A DNA stretch of 64,000 nucleotides from contig CP182352.1 in NCBI GenBank assembly GCA_048571215.1, forward strand, positions 3,540,373 through 3,604,372. The letters are read 5' to 3'. Positions 53,989-63,563 of this stretch are shown here, piece after piece. This DNA is from Halarcobacter sp. Its GTDB lineage: Bacteria; Campylobacterota; Campylobacteria; Campylobacterales; Arcobacteraceae. Below the pieces are notes generated by a model. That model saw only the letters and a program-made list of their open reading frames with translations. It was not told where the DNA came from and made no database searches. The translations under genes and the position numbers were made by a program. The number at the start of each line of letters is the position of its first letter. Within the stretch, counting starts at the first letter, position 1.

Positions 53989-54627
53989 ATGAAAATTATA
54001 GATGAAAAAAACTATTATAAGATGAGTGAACTTGTTGAGCAAGTTGAGCTTAGCAATCACACAATCGCTTTTTATCACAAAAAAGGCTTACTTCCAAATA
54101 CAGTTAATACTTCAAAAAATATGAAGTATTATCCAGAAATCACAATCACTGTTTTGAATATGATTAAATATTTCAAAGATAATCTAAATTTTTCTATTGA
54201 TTACATTAAAGAGTTGTTTGATTATTATAGAATAGATTTCAATGATAGAGCAGAACTTATTTTACAATCAATACAGATGTTATCAAGTGAGATAAAAAAT
54301 CCAATTGAGAGAAAAGATTTAAATCAAGAACTTTTACAAGAAGCAATAGATTTAGATTTACTTGATAAAAAAGAGATATATTTTAAAACTGAAGTTGCCG
54401 TTTTAAAAACTTATGAAGAGTTAAGAAAATATGAAATTTCAAATCAACTAATAAGTGAATATGTGACTACAAGTAAAAGATTAGCATTACTTGAAAGGCA
54501 ATTAAGTACAAAGGTTTTAGAAAAAACAGGGTATTTACCTGAGATTTTAGTTTTAGATATTTTAAACTCATTTAAACCTTATATTTTTAATAGACATACA
54601 ATTATAGAATTTAAAAAGGATGTCTAA
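53989..54627 (+). CDS. MerR-family HTH transcriptional regulator
   Basis: N-terminal YYKMSELVEQVELSNHTIAFYHKKGLLP matches the MerR HTH pattern. The helical C-terminal region has no recognisable ligand motif. Confidence 0.65.
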   Translation: MKIIDEKNYYKMSELVEQVELSNHTIAFYHKKGLLPNTVNTSKNMKYYPEITITVLNMIKYFKDNLNFSIDYIKELFDYYRIDFNDRAELILQSIQMLSSEIKNPIERKDLNQELLQEAIDLDLLDKKEIYFKTEVAVLKTYEELRKYEISNQLISEYVTTSKRLALLERQLSTKVLEKTGYLPEILVLDILNSFKPYIFNRHTIIEFKKDV

Positions 54628-55631
54628 TGGAAACTGTAGATTTTCATACCCACTTATTAAATCCAAATGTATCTTTTTCAAGAGTTTATGACAAAGTTGC
54701 TATTTCACTTTTTGCAAAAAAACTTGGTGTTGAAAAAAATGATTTATTAAATAGAAAATATAATGCTTTTGTTGATGCTTTTATTAACAACATACAAACT
54801 TCAAAATATGTATCAAAATCAGTAGTTCTTCCCGTTGATGCAAAAATAGACTCAAAAGGGAAAGAGATATCAAGGGATAAAACCGTATGTTCTTCAAATG
54901 AAGATGTTTTAAATGAATATAAAAAATATCCAAATGAAGTTATCCCATTCTTTTCTGTAAATCCAAATAGAGTAGATGCCTTAGATTTGATTGATAAATA
55001 TACTTCCCAAGGCTTCAAAGGAGCAAAATTTTTACAAAATTATTGGGATATAGATATAAATCAAGATAGATATATCCCTTATTTTGAAAAGATGAAATCA
55101 TACGATTTGCCAATTATTATCCACACAGGGAGTGAACATGCAGTGGAATCAAATCCTATGTATGAAAAGGTTGAAGTTGCAAACTTAGCAATAGAAATAG
55201 GATGTAAAGTGGTACTTGCACATTTTGGGGTTAACTCAATTATGGAACATAATCCTAGAAAATTTTTGAATAATTTTTCATTTGATAATAAAAAATTTGG
55301 TGATGATTATTTTAAAACAATTGAATATTTAGAAAATCATGAAAATGTATATGCTGATTTGTCCGCTATGATTATGAATTTTAGATCAAAGATTATTGAA
55401 GATTTAGCAAAAAATCAAACTCAAATACATCACAAACTACTTTTTGGGACAGATTATCCTGTCCCCTTTTCTCCAATGTTTTCTTATCACTCTTTGGATT
55501 TAAATAAAAGAAGAAAGTTGGAAAAAATAGAGAATCCACTTGATAGAAATATAGAATTTTTTAATCACTATTTTGAAGAAAAATCTTGTATATATACAAA
55601 CTGGCAAAAGTTAATAAAGGATATTGCATGA
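54627..55631 (+). CDS. Metal-dependent amidohydrolase (TIM-barrel, Amidohydro_2-like)
   Basis: VDFHTHL at the N-terminus, IIHTGSEH, LAHFG, LFGTDYP. Start overlaps the upstream stop (TAATG). Confidence 0.65.
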   Translation: METVDFHTHLLNPNVSFSRVYDKVAISLFAKKLGVEKNDLLNRKYNAFVDAFINNIQTSKYVSKSVVLPVDAKIDSKGKEISRDKTVCSSNEDVLNEYKKYPNEVIPFFSVNPNRVDALDLIDKYTSQGFKGAKFLQNYWDIDINQDRYIPYFEKMKSYDLPIIIHTGSEHAVESNPMYEKVEVANLAIEIGCKVVLAHFGVNSIMEHNPRKFLNNFSFDNKKFGDDYFKTIEYLENHENVYADLSAMIMNFRSKIIEDLAKNQTQIHHKLLFGTDYPVPFSPMFSYHSLDLNKRRKLEKIENPLDRNIEFFNHYFEEKSCIYTNWQKLIKDIA

Positions 55632-58600
55632 AAAATATAAAAATAAATTTGTCTTTAATAAAAATCGCCTTTTTATTAGTAGTATTTTGTAATGTTGCTG
55701 TTGATATTTCACATAAGATTTTACTTCAAAATATTGCTTTTAAGATATATGATGGGAGTGAGCAAGTTATCTGGATATCTGTAATCAATATGCTAATCTT
55801 AATCCCTTTTTTACTTCTTTTTACTCTAAGTGGACATTTGTCTGATAAATATCCTAAAAAAAGTATTTTAATATATGGGGCTATTTCATCTTTTTGCTTA
55901 TCCGTATTTATGATTGTAGCTTATTTAGTAGGAAGTTTTTATCTTGCTATGTTTGGATTGTTTTTACTTGCAATTCAAAGTGCTATTTATTCTCCTGCAA
56001 AATTTGGAATAATAATAGATATTTATGGTAAGAGTGAATTGTCTCGTGGGAATTCAAGTTTACAAGGGGCTTCTATAATCTCTATACTTGTGGCAATGGC
56101 AAGTTTTTCTTTTCTATTTGAATCTTTTTACATATCAAACAATCTTGAAATTTTAACTTCAAAAGAGCAATTACTACAAGCAGTGTTTCCTTTATGTCTT
56201 TATATTTTACCAATTGCTTTTATTGAGATGATGGTATCTCTATTTGTTTTAAGAAAAATTAAAACAACAAGTAAAATAAATGAACAATTATCATTAGCTA
56301 ATAAAGAGTTAGTTCTTGGAAAACTATTTAGAAAAAATATAAATAAAATTACTTCTAATAAGATAATATTTTTATGTGTTTTAGGTTTGGGATTATTTTG
56401 GGGAGTATCTCAAGGTATGATTGCTGTTTTCCCATCTTATGCAAAAATGTATTTAGATATTACAAATGTTTTTGTAATAAATGGTGTAATAGCAGCTTCG
56501 GGTATTGGTATAGCAATTGGCTCTATTCTTTATGCTAAATACTCTAAACATTATATTGAAGTTGGAACGATTCCCTTTGCTGCCCTTGGGATGAGTATGA
56601 TGATTTATATTGCAACAATAGTAAATAAGCCTTCAAGTTTAGCTTTAGCTTTTTTATTATTTGGTATTTTTGGAGGATTATTTGTAGTGCCTTTAAATGC
56701 TCTTATTCAATTTAACTCAAAAAAGAGATATTTAGGAACAATTTTAGCTGGAAATAATTGGTTTCAATCTTTATTTATGTTTGTAGTTTTAATAGCTACC
56801 ACTGCTGTATCTTTATTTAAATTTGATCCACTTCATACCATATATATTATTTTGCTATTAATGTTTTGTGGAGCAATATTTATAGTTTATTTTATTCCTC
56901 AATCTATGATTATATTTTTTATGAAGTGTATAGTTGGCTTAAAATATAAGTTGGAAGTAAATGGAATAAAAAATATTCCATCTAGTGGGGGAGCTCTTCT
57001 TTTAGGAAACCATGTTTCTTGGTTAGACTGGGCAGTTATATATATGTCAACTCCAAGGGATATAAAGTTTGTAATGGATAAACATATATATTCAAAATGG
57101 TATCTAAATGGTTTAATGAAGTTTTTCAAAATCATTCCAATATCTTCATCTTATAGTAGAACTACTCTTCAAACTATAGCAAATGAGCTTGATAATGGAA
57201 ATATAATTGTATTGTTTCCAGAAGGAAATATTACTAGAACTGGTCATTTAGGGGAGTTTAAAAAAGGTTTTGAAAAGATTTTAGAACAAACAAAAACGGA
57301 TGTTCCAGTTATCGCTTTTTATATTAGAGGTTTATGGGAAAGTATGTTTAGCAGGGCAAATAGAAAATATAAAAAATCAAAACGAACAGGTAGTGTTTCA
57401 GTATCTTTTTCAAAACCTATTAAAAAAAGTAAAGCTACTGTAACTAGAGTTAAAAGTGAAGTTGTAAATCTTACAACTAAATCTTGGGTAAAACATATTA
57501 ATAAAGAATCTGGTATTGCACAAACTATTTTTGATAGATTAAAAGAGGTAAAAAAAGAGACAATTTTTGCTGATTCTACAGGAGTAGAACTTAGTGGATA
57601 TAGATTTTTAAGCGCATCAATACTATTTAAAAATCTTTTAGCAGAAGAGATTAAAGGGCAAAATATAGGATTATTAATCCCATCAAGTGTAGCAGGTGCT
57701 TTTGTTAATACTTCTATTTTGATGTTGGGTAAATGTTGTGTAAATCTTAATTTTACAGCTTCAATAGATGCTTTAAAAGAGTCTGTAAAAAGTGCAGATA
57801 TAAACTCAATTGTGACGTCAAAAAAATTTATTGAAAAGTTAAAAGATAGGGGAGTTGCTATTGATGAGGTATTAAATTTATGTGATGTGATATATTTAGA
57901 AGATTTAAAAACTAAAATATCAAAACCAAAGGCTTTGATAACTCTTTTAAGTGTAGTTTTCTTACCTTCAAAAATATTAAAAGCTCTTCATATAATAAAA
58001 GTATCAACAAAATCTACAGCTTTAATTCTATTTAGTAGTGGAAGTGAAGGGGTTCCAAAAGGTGTAGAATTAAGTCATAAAAATGTTATAGGAAATGCTC
58101 AACAAATCTCTACTGTATTAAATGTAGATGAGTATGATACTATAATTGGCTCTTTACCTTTATTTCACGCTTTTGGTATAGTTGTAACAAACTTTCTGCC
58201 ATTACTTGAGGGGATAAAATGTGTTTCACATCCTGATCCTACCGATGGATATGCAATAGGAAAGTTAGTTCAAAAACATAAAGGAACTATTATTCTTGGT
58301 ACATCAACTTTTTTTAGACTTTATACAAAAAATAATAAACTTACAAAAGAGATGTTTGAGAGTCTAAGATTGGTGGTTTCAGGAGCAGAAAAACTATCAC
58401 AAAAAGTTAGAGAAGAGTTTAAAGAGAAATTTAATAAAGATATTTTAGAAGGGTATGGTACTACAGAAACAACACCAGTTGCTGCTTGTAACCTTCCTGA
58501 TGTAAAAGCGCCTAATGGAGTTTATCAAATAGGTGGAAAAATAGGAACAGTTGGTATGGCTATGCCTGGAACAAGAATTAAGATTGTTGATTCTTCAAGT

Positions 58601-59101
58601 TTTAAGCAATTAGATATAGCAGAAGAGGGGATGATATTAATCTCTGGTGTTCAAGTTATGAAAGGGTATTTAAAAAACAAAAAGAAAACAAAAGAGGTTT
58701 TGGTAAATATAAAAGGTAATACTTATTATGTAACAGGGGATAAAGGTAAACTTGACGAAGATGGTTTTTTAACAATAGTTGATAGATATTCAAGGTTCGC
58801 AAAGCTTGGTGGAGAGATGATAAGTTTAGGTGCAGTGGAACAAAAAATTGAGAAGTTAATTCCTAATGATGAAATAGAATTTATTGCAAGTTCAATTAGT
58901 GATGATAAGAAAGGTGAAAAAATAGTTTTACTTATTTCCCATATTAGCCAAGATGAATTAGAAGAGTTAAAGGTAAAAATAAAAGAGAACTTTGATACAA
59001 AACTTATGGTTCCTAGTGTATATAAAGTATTAGATGAGATACCAAAACTTGGAAGTGGTAAAAAAGATTTTGCAAAAGCTAAGGCTTTGGCATTAGCTTA
59101 A
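55628..59101 (+). CDS. Triple fusion: MFS lysophospholipid transporter (LplT-like) + PlsC-type acyltransferase + acyl-ACP synthetase (Aas-like)
   Basis: About 12 TM helices N-terminally. Acyltransferase HX4D (GNHVSWLDWAV) and FPEGNITR. AMP-binding motifs FSSGSEGVPKGV, GYGTTE, GDKGKLDEDGF. Start moved to ATG 55628 (MKNIKINL), a 4-nt overlap with the upstream gene. Confidence 0.8.
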   Translation: MKNIKINLSLIKIAFLLVVFCNVAVDISHKILLQNIAFKIYDGSEQVIWISVINMLILIPFLLLFTLSGHLSDKYPKKSILIYGAISSFCLSVFMIVAYLVGSFYLAMFGLFLLAIQSAIYSPAKFGIIIDIYGKSELSRGNSSLQGASIISILVAMASFSFLFESFYISNNLEILTSKEQLLQAVFPLCLYILPIAFIEMMVSLFVLRKIKTTSKINEQLSLANKELVLGKLFRKNINKITSNKIIFLCVLGLGLFWGVSQGMIAVFPSYAKMYLDITNVFVINGVIAASGIGIAIGSILYAKYSKHYIEVGTIPFAALGMSMMIYIATIVNKPSSLALAFLLFGIFGGLFVVPLNALIQFNSKKRYLGTILAGNNWFQSLFMFVVLIATTAVSLFKFDPLHTIYIILLLMFCGAIFIVYFIPQSMIIFFMKCIVGLKYKLEVNGIKNIPSSGGALLLGNHVSWLDWAVIYMSTPRDIKFVMDKHIYSKWYLNGLMKFFKIIPISSSYSRTTLQTIANELDNGNIIVLFPEGNITRTGHLGEFKKGFEKILEQTKTDVPVIAFYIRGLWESMFSRANRKYKKSKRTGSVSVSFSKPIKKSKATVTRVKSEVVNLTTKSWVKHINKESGIAQTIFDRLKEVKKETIFADSTGVELSGYRFLSASILFKNLLAEEIKGQNIGLLIPSSVAGAFVNTSILMLGKCCVNLNFTASIDALKESVKSADINSIVTSKKFIEKLKDRGVAIDEVLNLCDVIYLEDLKTKISKPKALITLLSVVFLPSKILKALHIIKVSTKSTALILFSSGSEGVPKGVELSHKNVIGNAQQISTVLNVDEYDTIIGSLPLFHAFGIVVTNFLPLLEGIKCVSHPDPTDGYAIGKLVQKHKGTIILGTSTFFRLYTKNNKLTKEMFESLRLVVSGAEKLSQKVREEFKEKFNKDILEGYGTTETTPVAACNLPDVKAPNGVYQIGGKIGTVGMAMPGTRIKIVDSSSFKQLDIAEEGMILISGVQVMKGYLKNKKKTKEVLVNIKGNTYYVTGDKGKLDEDGFLTIVDRYSRFAKLGGEMISLGAVEQKIEKLIPNDEIEFIASSISDDKKGEKIVLLISHISQDELEELKVKIKENFDTKLMVPSVYKVLDEIPKLGSGKKDFAKAKALALA

Positions 59102-59113
59102 CAGATGGGTTTA

Positions 59114-61648
59114 TTACCCATCTGTAGCTAAAGCATTTATAATCTCATCTTGTTTACTACAAAATCTTCCATTTTTTTCAATCAGGAATAAATCTTTTGC
59201 CATCCCTTTTATAGAACCAACTTTTGCACTTTCTATCTCTATACTAAAGTCATCAAAAATTTGTGCAATATATGCAAAAAGAGCTTTTTGGTCTTTTGCT
59301 GTTACCTGCATAGAAGCTAAATAAGTTGTATGGTTACAATCAATAGATATATTCTCTTTTTTAATTATAGGTTTTTTTAAGTTTGCTTTTTTATCCATAT
59401 CAAATGAGTTTTCAATTATATAAGAGATATGAAGTAAATCCTCTTCATCTATAATTGATTCTGAAAATTTAATTTCAAAAAACTTCTTCTCATCATATAG
59501 TTTAAAAATATTCATGGTAGAGATATTTAAAAACTCTAACCTTCCCAATAAATACCCTAAATTTAAAGGTTGTTTTCTAATGATTCTAATTATAAGTGTA
59601 GGTTCATTTTTTATTTCATAATCATAAGTTGAAATATCATTTGCTTTAATTGCAATATCCAAAATCTCTTTTGCTTTTTTTTGTAAGAAGATTTGATTAG
59701 ATGCAATATAATGAATTTTCTTTTTCATTAAGTTAGATAACTCTTTATATTGCTTAGATTTTTTAATTGTATTCATTTTAGCAATTCTTCTAGAGTTTTC
59801 ATTTAATAAATTAACATTTTCAAATGCAGGTAGAGATTGTAAATAAAGTTGTCTCATAAGTGAGGCTGTTGAACTTTTATAAACACTATCCCCAACAGCT
59901 GAAATATCTGCATAAGTTACCACATATAACATTTTTAATGCCAGTTCAGACTTAATCAATGCGGTAAAAGATAAAATCACTTTTTCAGAATAGATATCTT
60001 CATGGGATGCAACTTTGCTCATCATATTATGGTATCTTACTAATAAAGCTCCTAATTGAATATCATTATATTCAAAATCAAGTGAAGTGGTAAGATTCTT
60101 AAATAGTTTCTCCCCAGATAAATGGTGGTCATTCACCCTTCCTTTACCAACATCGTGTAATAAACAAACCAATCTTACTAAAGCTCTTTGTTTTTCATCT
60201 AGTTCATCATATATCTCTTTTACATAAGGGTCTTTAATCTCTTGAAGTTTTTTCAAGGTTTTGATAGAGTGTACATCTACAGGATGTTGATGATATCCAT
60301 CAAATTGAGGCTGATTTACTATTTTTTTTGCTATTGGAAGTACAGATTGAAAAAGTCTTGCATTGTATATTAGTTTTATAATTGGGTATAAATTTTCTTT
60401 ATAAAGTAAAGTTTTAATAAGTTTTTTTACATCTTTAGTGAGTTTACTTGGTAGTATTGTTTTACTTGCATAATATATATATGATCTATCAAAATATTGA
60501 ACTTCATTGGGTAAATCTATAAGCTCTTGTAAAATCTCTATAAGTTTTTTTGGTTTTGCACTAAATGAGGTATAAAGTTTGTTTTCAAAAATATATAGAT
60601 TTTTTTTGTATCTATAGTTTTTGATTTCTAAAGGATGTTCTTTATTTGTTATAATTTGTCTTGTAAATTTTTTTATCATAACTGTTGAGAAAAAATGAAC
60701 TCTATGTAAGGATTCTAATATTTTTGCCATACATTGTCTCTCTTTAGTCATTCTTGGTTTATGAACAAAACCAAGCTTAGAACTAAGTTCAGGCAAAATA
60801 TCAAAATTTACCACATCAATTTTCTTTTTTGCTATATTATGTAGGGCACTTCTTACTTGAAAAATATATTCTAAAGAGGTTCTATATTTTTTGTATTCCT
60901 CATCGTTAAACTCTTTATCCATAAGTTGTTTAATATCAGAAACTCCATAAATAACTGTAGCCATCCAAAATATCATATTGGATTCTCTCATTCCACCATA
61001 ACCATCTTTAATATTTGGTTCCATTTTTAGAGGATATTTTAAAAGTCTTTGTTTATGCTCTTCTAGTTTTTCTAATACAAACTCTTTTTGATTTGTTTTT
61101 CTAATTTTTCTTAAAACATTTTGATAACTATACCAAAGGTGTTTTGAACCATAAATCATTCTTGATTCTAAAATTGAGCTTTTTATAGTTATATCCTCTT
61201 TTACAGAGTCTACTACCTCTTTTATTTCATGTACTCTTGAACCAAGCTTCAATCCACAATCCCAAGCAAGAGTTATAAGCTCTTCAATAATAACTTTTAA
61301 ATTATAACCTTTAATATCCTCATAAAGAATCATTAAATCAACATCAGAATAGATACATAGTTGTTCTCTTCCATAACTTCCTAGTGCAATTAAAGTAATA
61401 GGTACAGATGTACTCATTGGTTGATAATCACCAAAATGTTTTCTTAACATATATTTGTATAATAGAATAATAAATTTGTCAGTCTCTTTTGTGTGTTTTA
61501 CAAAAAAATCTTTTCCGCCAGTTGTTTCTACTGTAGTGTCAATAGAATTTACATAGTCTTTAAAATATTTTTTAAAAACTTTTGAAATTTCAAAATCTGG
61601 TGCATTATTTGAAATTAAATCCTCAACGAGGATGTTTATTTCACTCAT
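59114..61648 (-). CDS. glnD: [Protein-PII] uridylyltransferase/uridylyl-removing enzyme
   Basis: 844 aa. Nucleotidyltransferase motif GSYGREQLCIYSDVDL, HD domain (HQHPVDVHS...LHDVGKG), two C-terminal ACT-like segments. Confidence 0.85.
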   Translation of the reverse strand: MSEINILVEDLISNNAPDFEISKVFKKYFKDYVNSIDTTVETTGGKDFFVKHTKETDKFIILLYKYMLRKHFGDYQPMSTSVPITLIALGSYGREQLCIYSDVDLMILYEDIKGYNLKVIIEELITLAWDCGLKLGSRVHEIKEVVDSVKEDITIKSSILESRMIYGSKHLWYSYQNVLRKIRKTNQKEFVLEKLEEHKQRLLKYPLKMEPNIKDGYGGMRESNMIFWMATVIYGVSDIKQLMDKEFNDEEYKKYRTSLEYIFQVRSALHNIAKKKIDVVNFDILPELSSKLGFVHKPRMTKERQCMAKILESLHRVHFFSTVMIKKFTRQIITNKEHPLEIKNYRYKKNLYIFENKLYTSFSAKPKKLIEILQELIDLPNEVQYFDRSYIYYASKTILPSKLTKDVKKLIKTLLYKENLYPIIKLIYNARLFQSVLPIAKKIVNQPQFDGYHQHPVDVHSIKTLKKLQEIKDPYVKEIYDELDEKQRALVRLVCLLHDVGKGRVNDHHLSGEKLFKNLTTSLDFEYNDIQLGALLVRYHNMMSKVASHEDIYSEKVILSFTALIKSELALKMLYVVTYADISAVGDSVYKSSTASLMRQLYLQSLPAFENVNLLNENSRRIAKMNTIKKSKQYKELSNLMKKKIHYIASNQIFLQKKAKEILDIAIKANDISTYDYEIKNEPTLIIRIIRKQPLNLGYLLGRLEFLNISTMNIFKLYDEKKFFEIKFSESIIDEEDLLHISYIIENSFDMDKKANLKKPIIKKENISIDCNHTTYLASMQVTAKDQKALFAYIAQIFDDFSIEIESAKVGSIKGMAKDLFLIEKNGRFCSKQDEIINALATDG

Positions 61649-62399
61649 TCAATAGTTCCTTATGTATATCCAATTTTTTTCGAAGTGTAATTCTGTTTAA
61701 TCCTAAATGTTTTGCCATTTGAACTTGAGACTTATATTTTTTTGTAGCTGCTTTTAATAGAGGAACTTCAAGTAGATATAAAAAATCTTTATAAGAGTTT
61801 TCCCCCTCCATATTTGCAAACATATAGTTTTCCATAAACATTAAAATTTCATCTTCACCAATAGTTTCAAAAAGGTATGAAAAGTATATAGACTTTCTTA
61901 AACTGTGGGCATTATTTGAGATATTTATCATAAGTTTAGATGGTATAATTCTATCCAAGTCTAAAGTGTCACTTGCCTCTTTAGAGAATTTTTCTGTTAA
62001 TGCCTTAACATCTTCATCTCTATCTCTTAAAGGTGGTAGCTCAATTGTAATAGAAAACATTTCAGATAATTTTGAATTTAATTCATCTTTTAAAGTTGTT
62101 GCTATTACTCTTATATTGTTTTCATTAATCCAAGTTGTAAGTAAATCTACATTTGTAATATTTTCAATTTTATCAATTATTATTGAACAATTTTGTAAGT
62201 TAATTATCCCATCACTTACATCTTGTTGTAGATTCTTTGCTTTAAAAACTGGAGCTTTTGGCACAATATATTGGGACAATGATTTTTTACCAACTCCAGC
62301 TTCGCCTGAAATCAATGCATTTACTTGCACACTTTGTAATAAGTGAGCAGAATTTAATATCTCTTTTGAATTTTTTGAAATTGCTATATATTCTTCCAT
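61641..62399 (-). CDS. Truncated sigma54-activator-like protein (Walker A only) with Fis-type HTH
   Basis: ISGEAGVGKKSLSQYI P-loop and C-terminal HTH QMAKHLGLNRITLRKKL. Only 252 aa, with no receiver domain. 8-nt overlap with glnD. Confidence 0.55.
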   Translation of the reverse strand: MEEYIAISKNSKEILNSAHLLQSVQVNALISGEAGVGKKSLSQYIVPKAPVFKAKNLQQDVSDGIINLQNCSIIIDKIENITNVDLLTTWINENNIRVIATTLKDELNSKLSEMFSITIELPPLRDRDEDVKALTEKFSKEASDTLDLDRIIPSKLMINISNNAHSLRKSIYFSYLFETIGEDEILMFMENYMFANMEGENSYKDFLYLLEVPLLKAATKKYKSQVQMAKHLGLNRITLRKKLDIHKELLNE

Positions 62400-62419
62400 T
62401 TAATACCTTCTTTATTATA

Positions 62420-63283
62420 CTATATTTCTTTTTTGTTTAGATAAATAAATATTGATAGAGCAATCAATATTAGTGATATTCCTGTAATTAGGTATAAAGC
62501 ATTTATCATTTTATCATAATCATGTATGGCTATTTTAAATACAACCATTAAACCTTCAATAGATAAGGCAATAATGATTGAGATTAAAAACTTAGTAATC
62601 ATCTTTGTTTCAACTTTAGAGTTTTTGGAATAACTCTTAAAATAAACCTCTTGTTCTAAAATAGTTTTTGCCAAGTCAAAGATGGCAACTCCCAAGGTTA
62701 GTGCAATAATTGGTTTAAATATTGTATCTAAATCAAATATTCCTTTAATTATAAAGGAGTGTGCAAAATCATAAAGTGAATAAAAAACTATAAAAATTGA
62801 AAGCAAAAACATAGAATACCCAGCAAGAGTATAAAAAGCTTTTGTTAATGTATGAAAAGGTTTATTAAGTTCTATTAAATGTAACCTTTCTAATAAAGTT
62901 TCTAATTTAAAATCAAAAAAGATTATATAGTTTCCCTCTTTTATAGAAACTGTAATGCAGTTGTTTCTAGTTGCATTGCTTATATAAGGGTTACTAAAAG
63001 CTGCACTTGAGTTTTCTTTAAAGTGTAGTTTTGAGATTAAATATTCTCTTGTTTTATTTTGCGCACTTGCATCAACACCATTTCTAGTAAAATTTGGAGA
63101 AATTTGAAGTTTAGTGTCTTTATTTATTATATACACTAATTCCAATGATGGAAATAATTCAAAAACATCTTTAAATTTAAATTCTCTTAATCTCTTTATC
63201 TCACCCAAATTAAGAAGGCTCTCTTGTATAAAGTCTTCAATTTTGTTTTGATTTTGAGAATATGCTTCTAAATATTCTTTCAT
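62420..63283 (-). CDS. Membrane protein: cytoplasmic PAS/Cache-like N-domain + 4 TM helices
   Basis: The N-terminal ~140 aa are soluble (PYISNATRNNCITVS is a sensor-like motif), followed by four hydrophobic helices. Function unknown. Confidence 0.35.
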   Translation of the reverse strand: MKEYLEAYSQNQNKIEDFIQESLLNLGEIKRLREFKFKDVFELFPSLELVYIINKDTKLQISPNFTRNGVDASAQNKTREYLISKLHFKENSSAAFSNPYISNATRNNCITVSIKEGNYIIFFDFKLETLLERLHLIELNKPFHTLTKAFYTLAGYSMFLLSIFIVFYSLYDFAHSFIIKGIFDLDTIFKPIIALTLGVAIFDLAKTILEQEVYFKSYSKNSKVETKMITKFLISIIIALSIEGLMVVFKIAIHDYDKMINALYLITGISLILIALSIFIYLNKKEI

Positions 63284-63563
63284 ACTATTCTCCTAAATAT
63301 GATTATTATATCATACAGTTGTTTAAATATTGTGTATATATATTATACAATTATTTAAAAAGTGAGAAAATGTTCAAGAAATAAAAAAATGAAAAAAAAA
63401 TATATTAAAAATAGATTTTTGAAAAAAAGCCAAAATAGTGGGCTTAGTTAAACAATTTTACATAAAATCAAATCAAGTGTGTATAAATATTATACAAGTG
63501 GGGTGAATATTTACTTTTTAAATCTGATAAAATTCCAACATAACATTTTTGTAAAGGAAAAAT

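Noticed and set aside
63478-63563. Sigma54 (-24 GG / -12 GC) promoter upstream of amt.
   Set aside because: The best candidate, TGGGGTGAATATTTAC, has TTAC instead of TTGC at the -12 element, and the spacing is ambiguous. This is not convincing.
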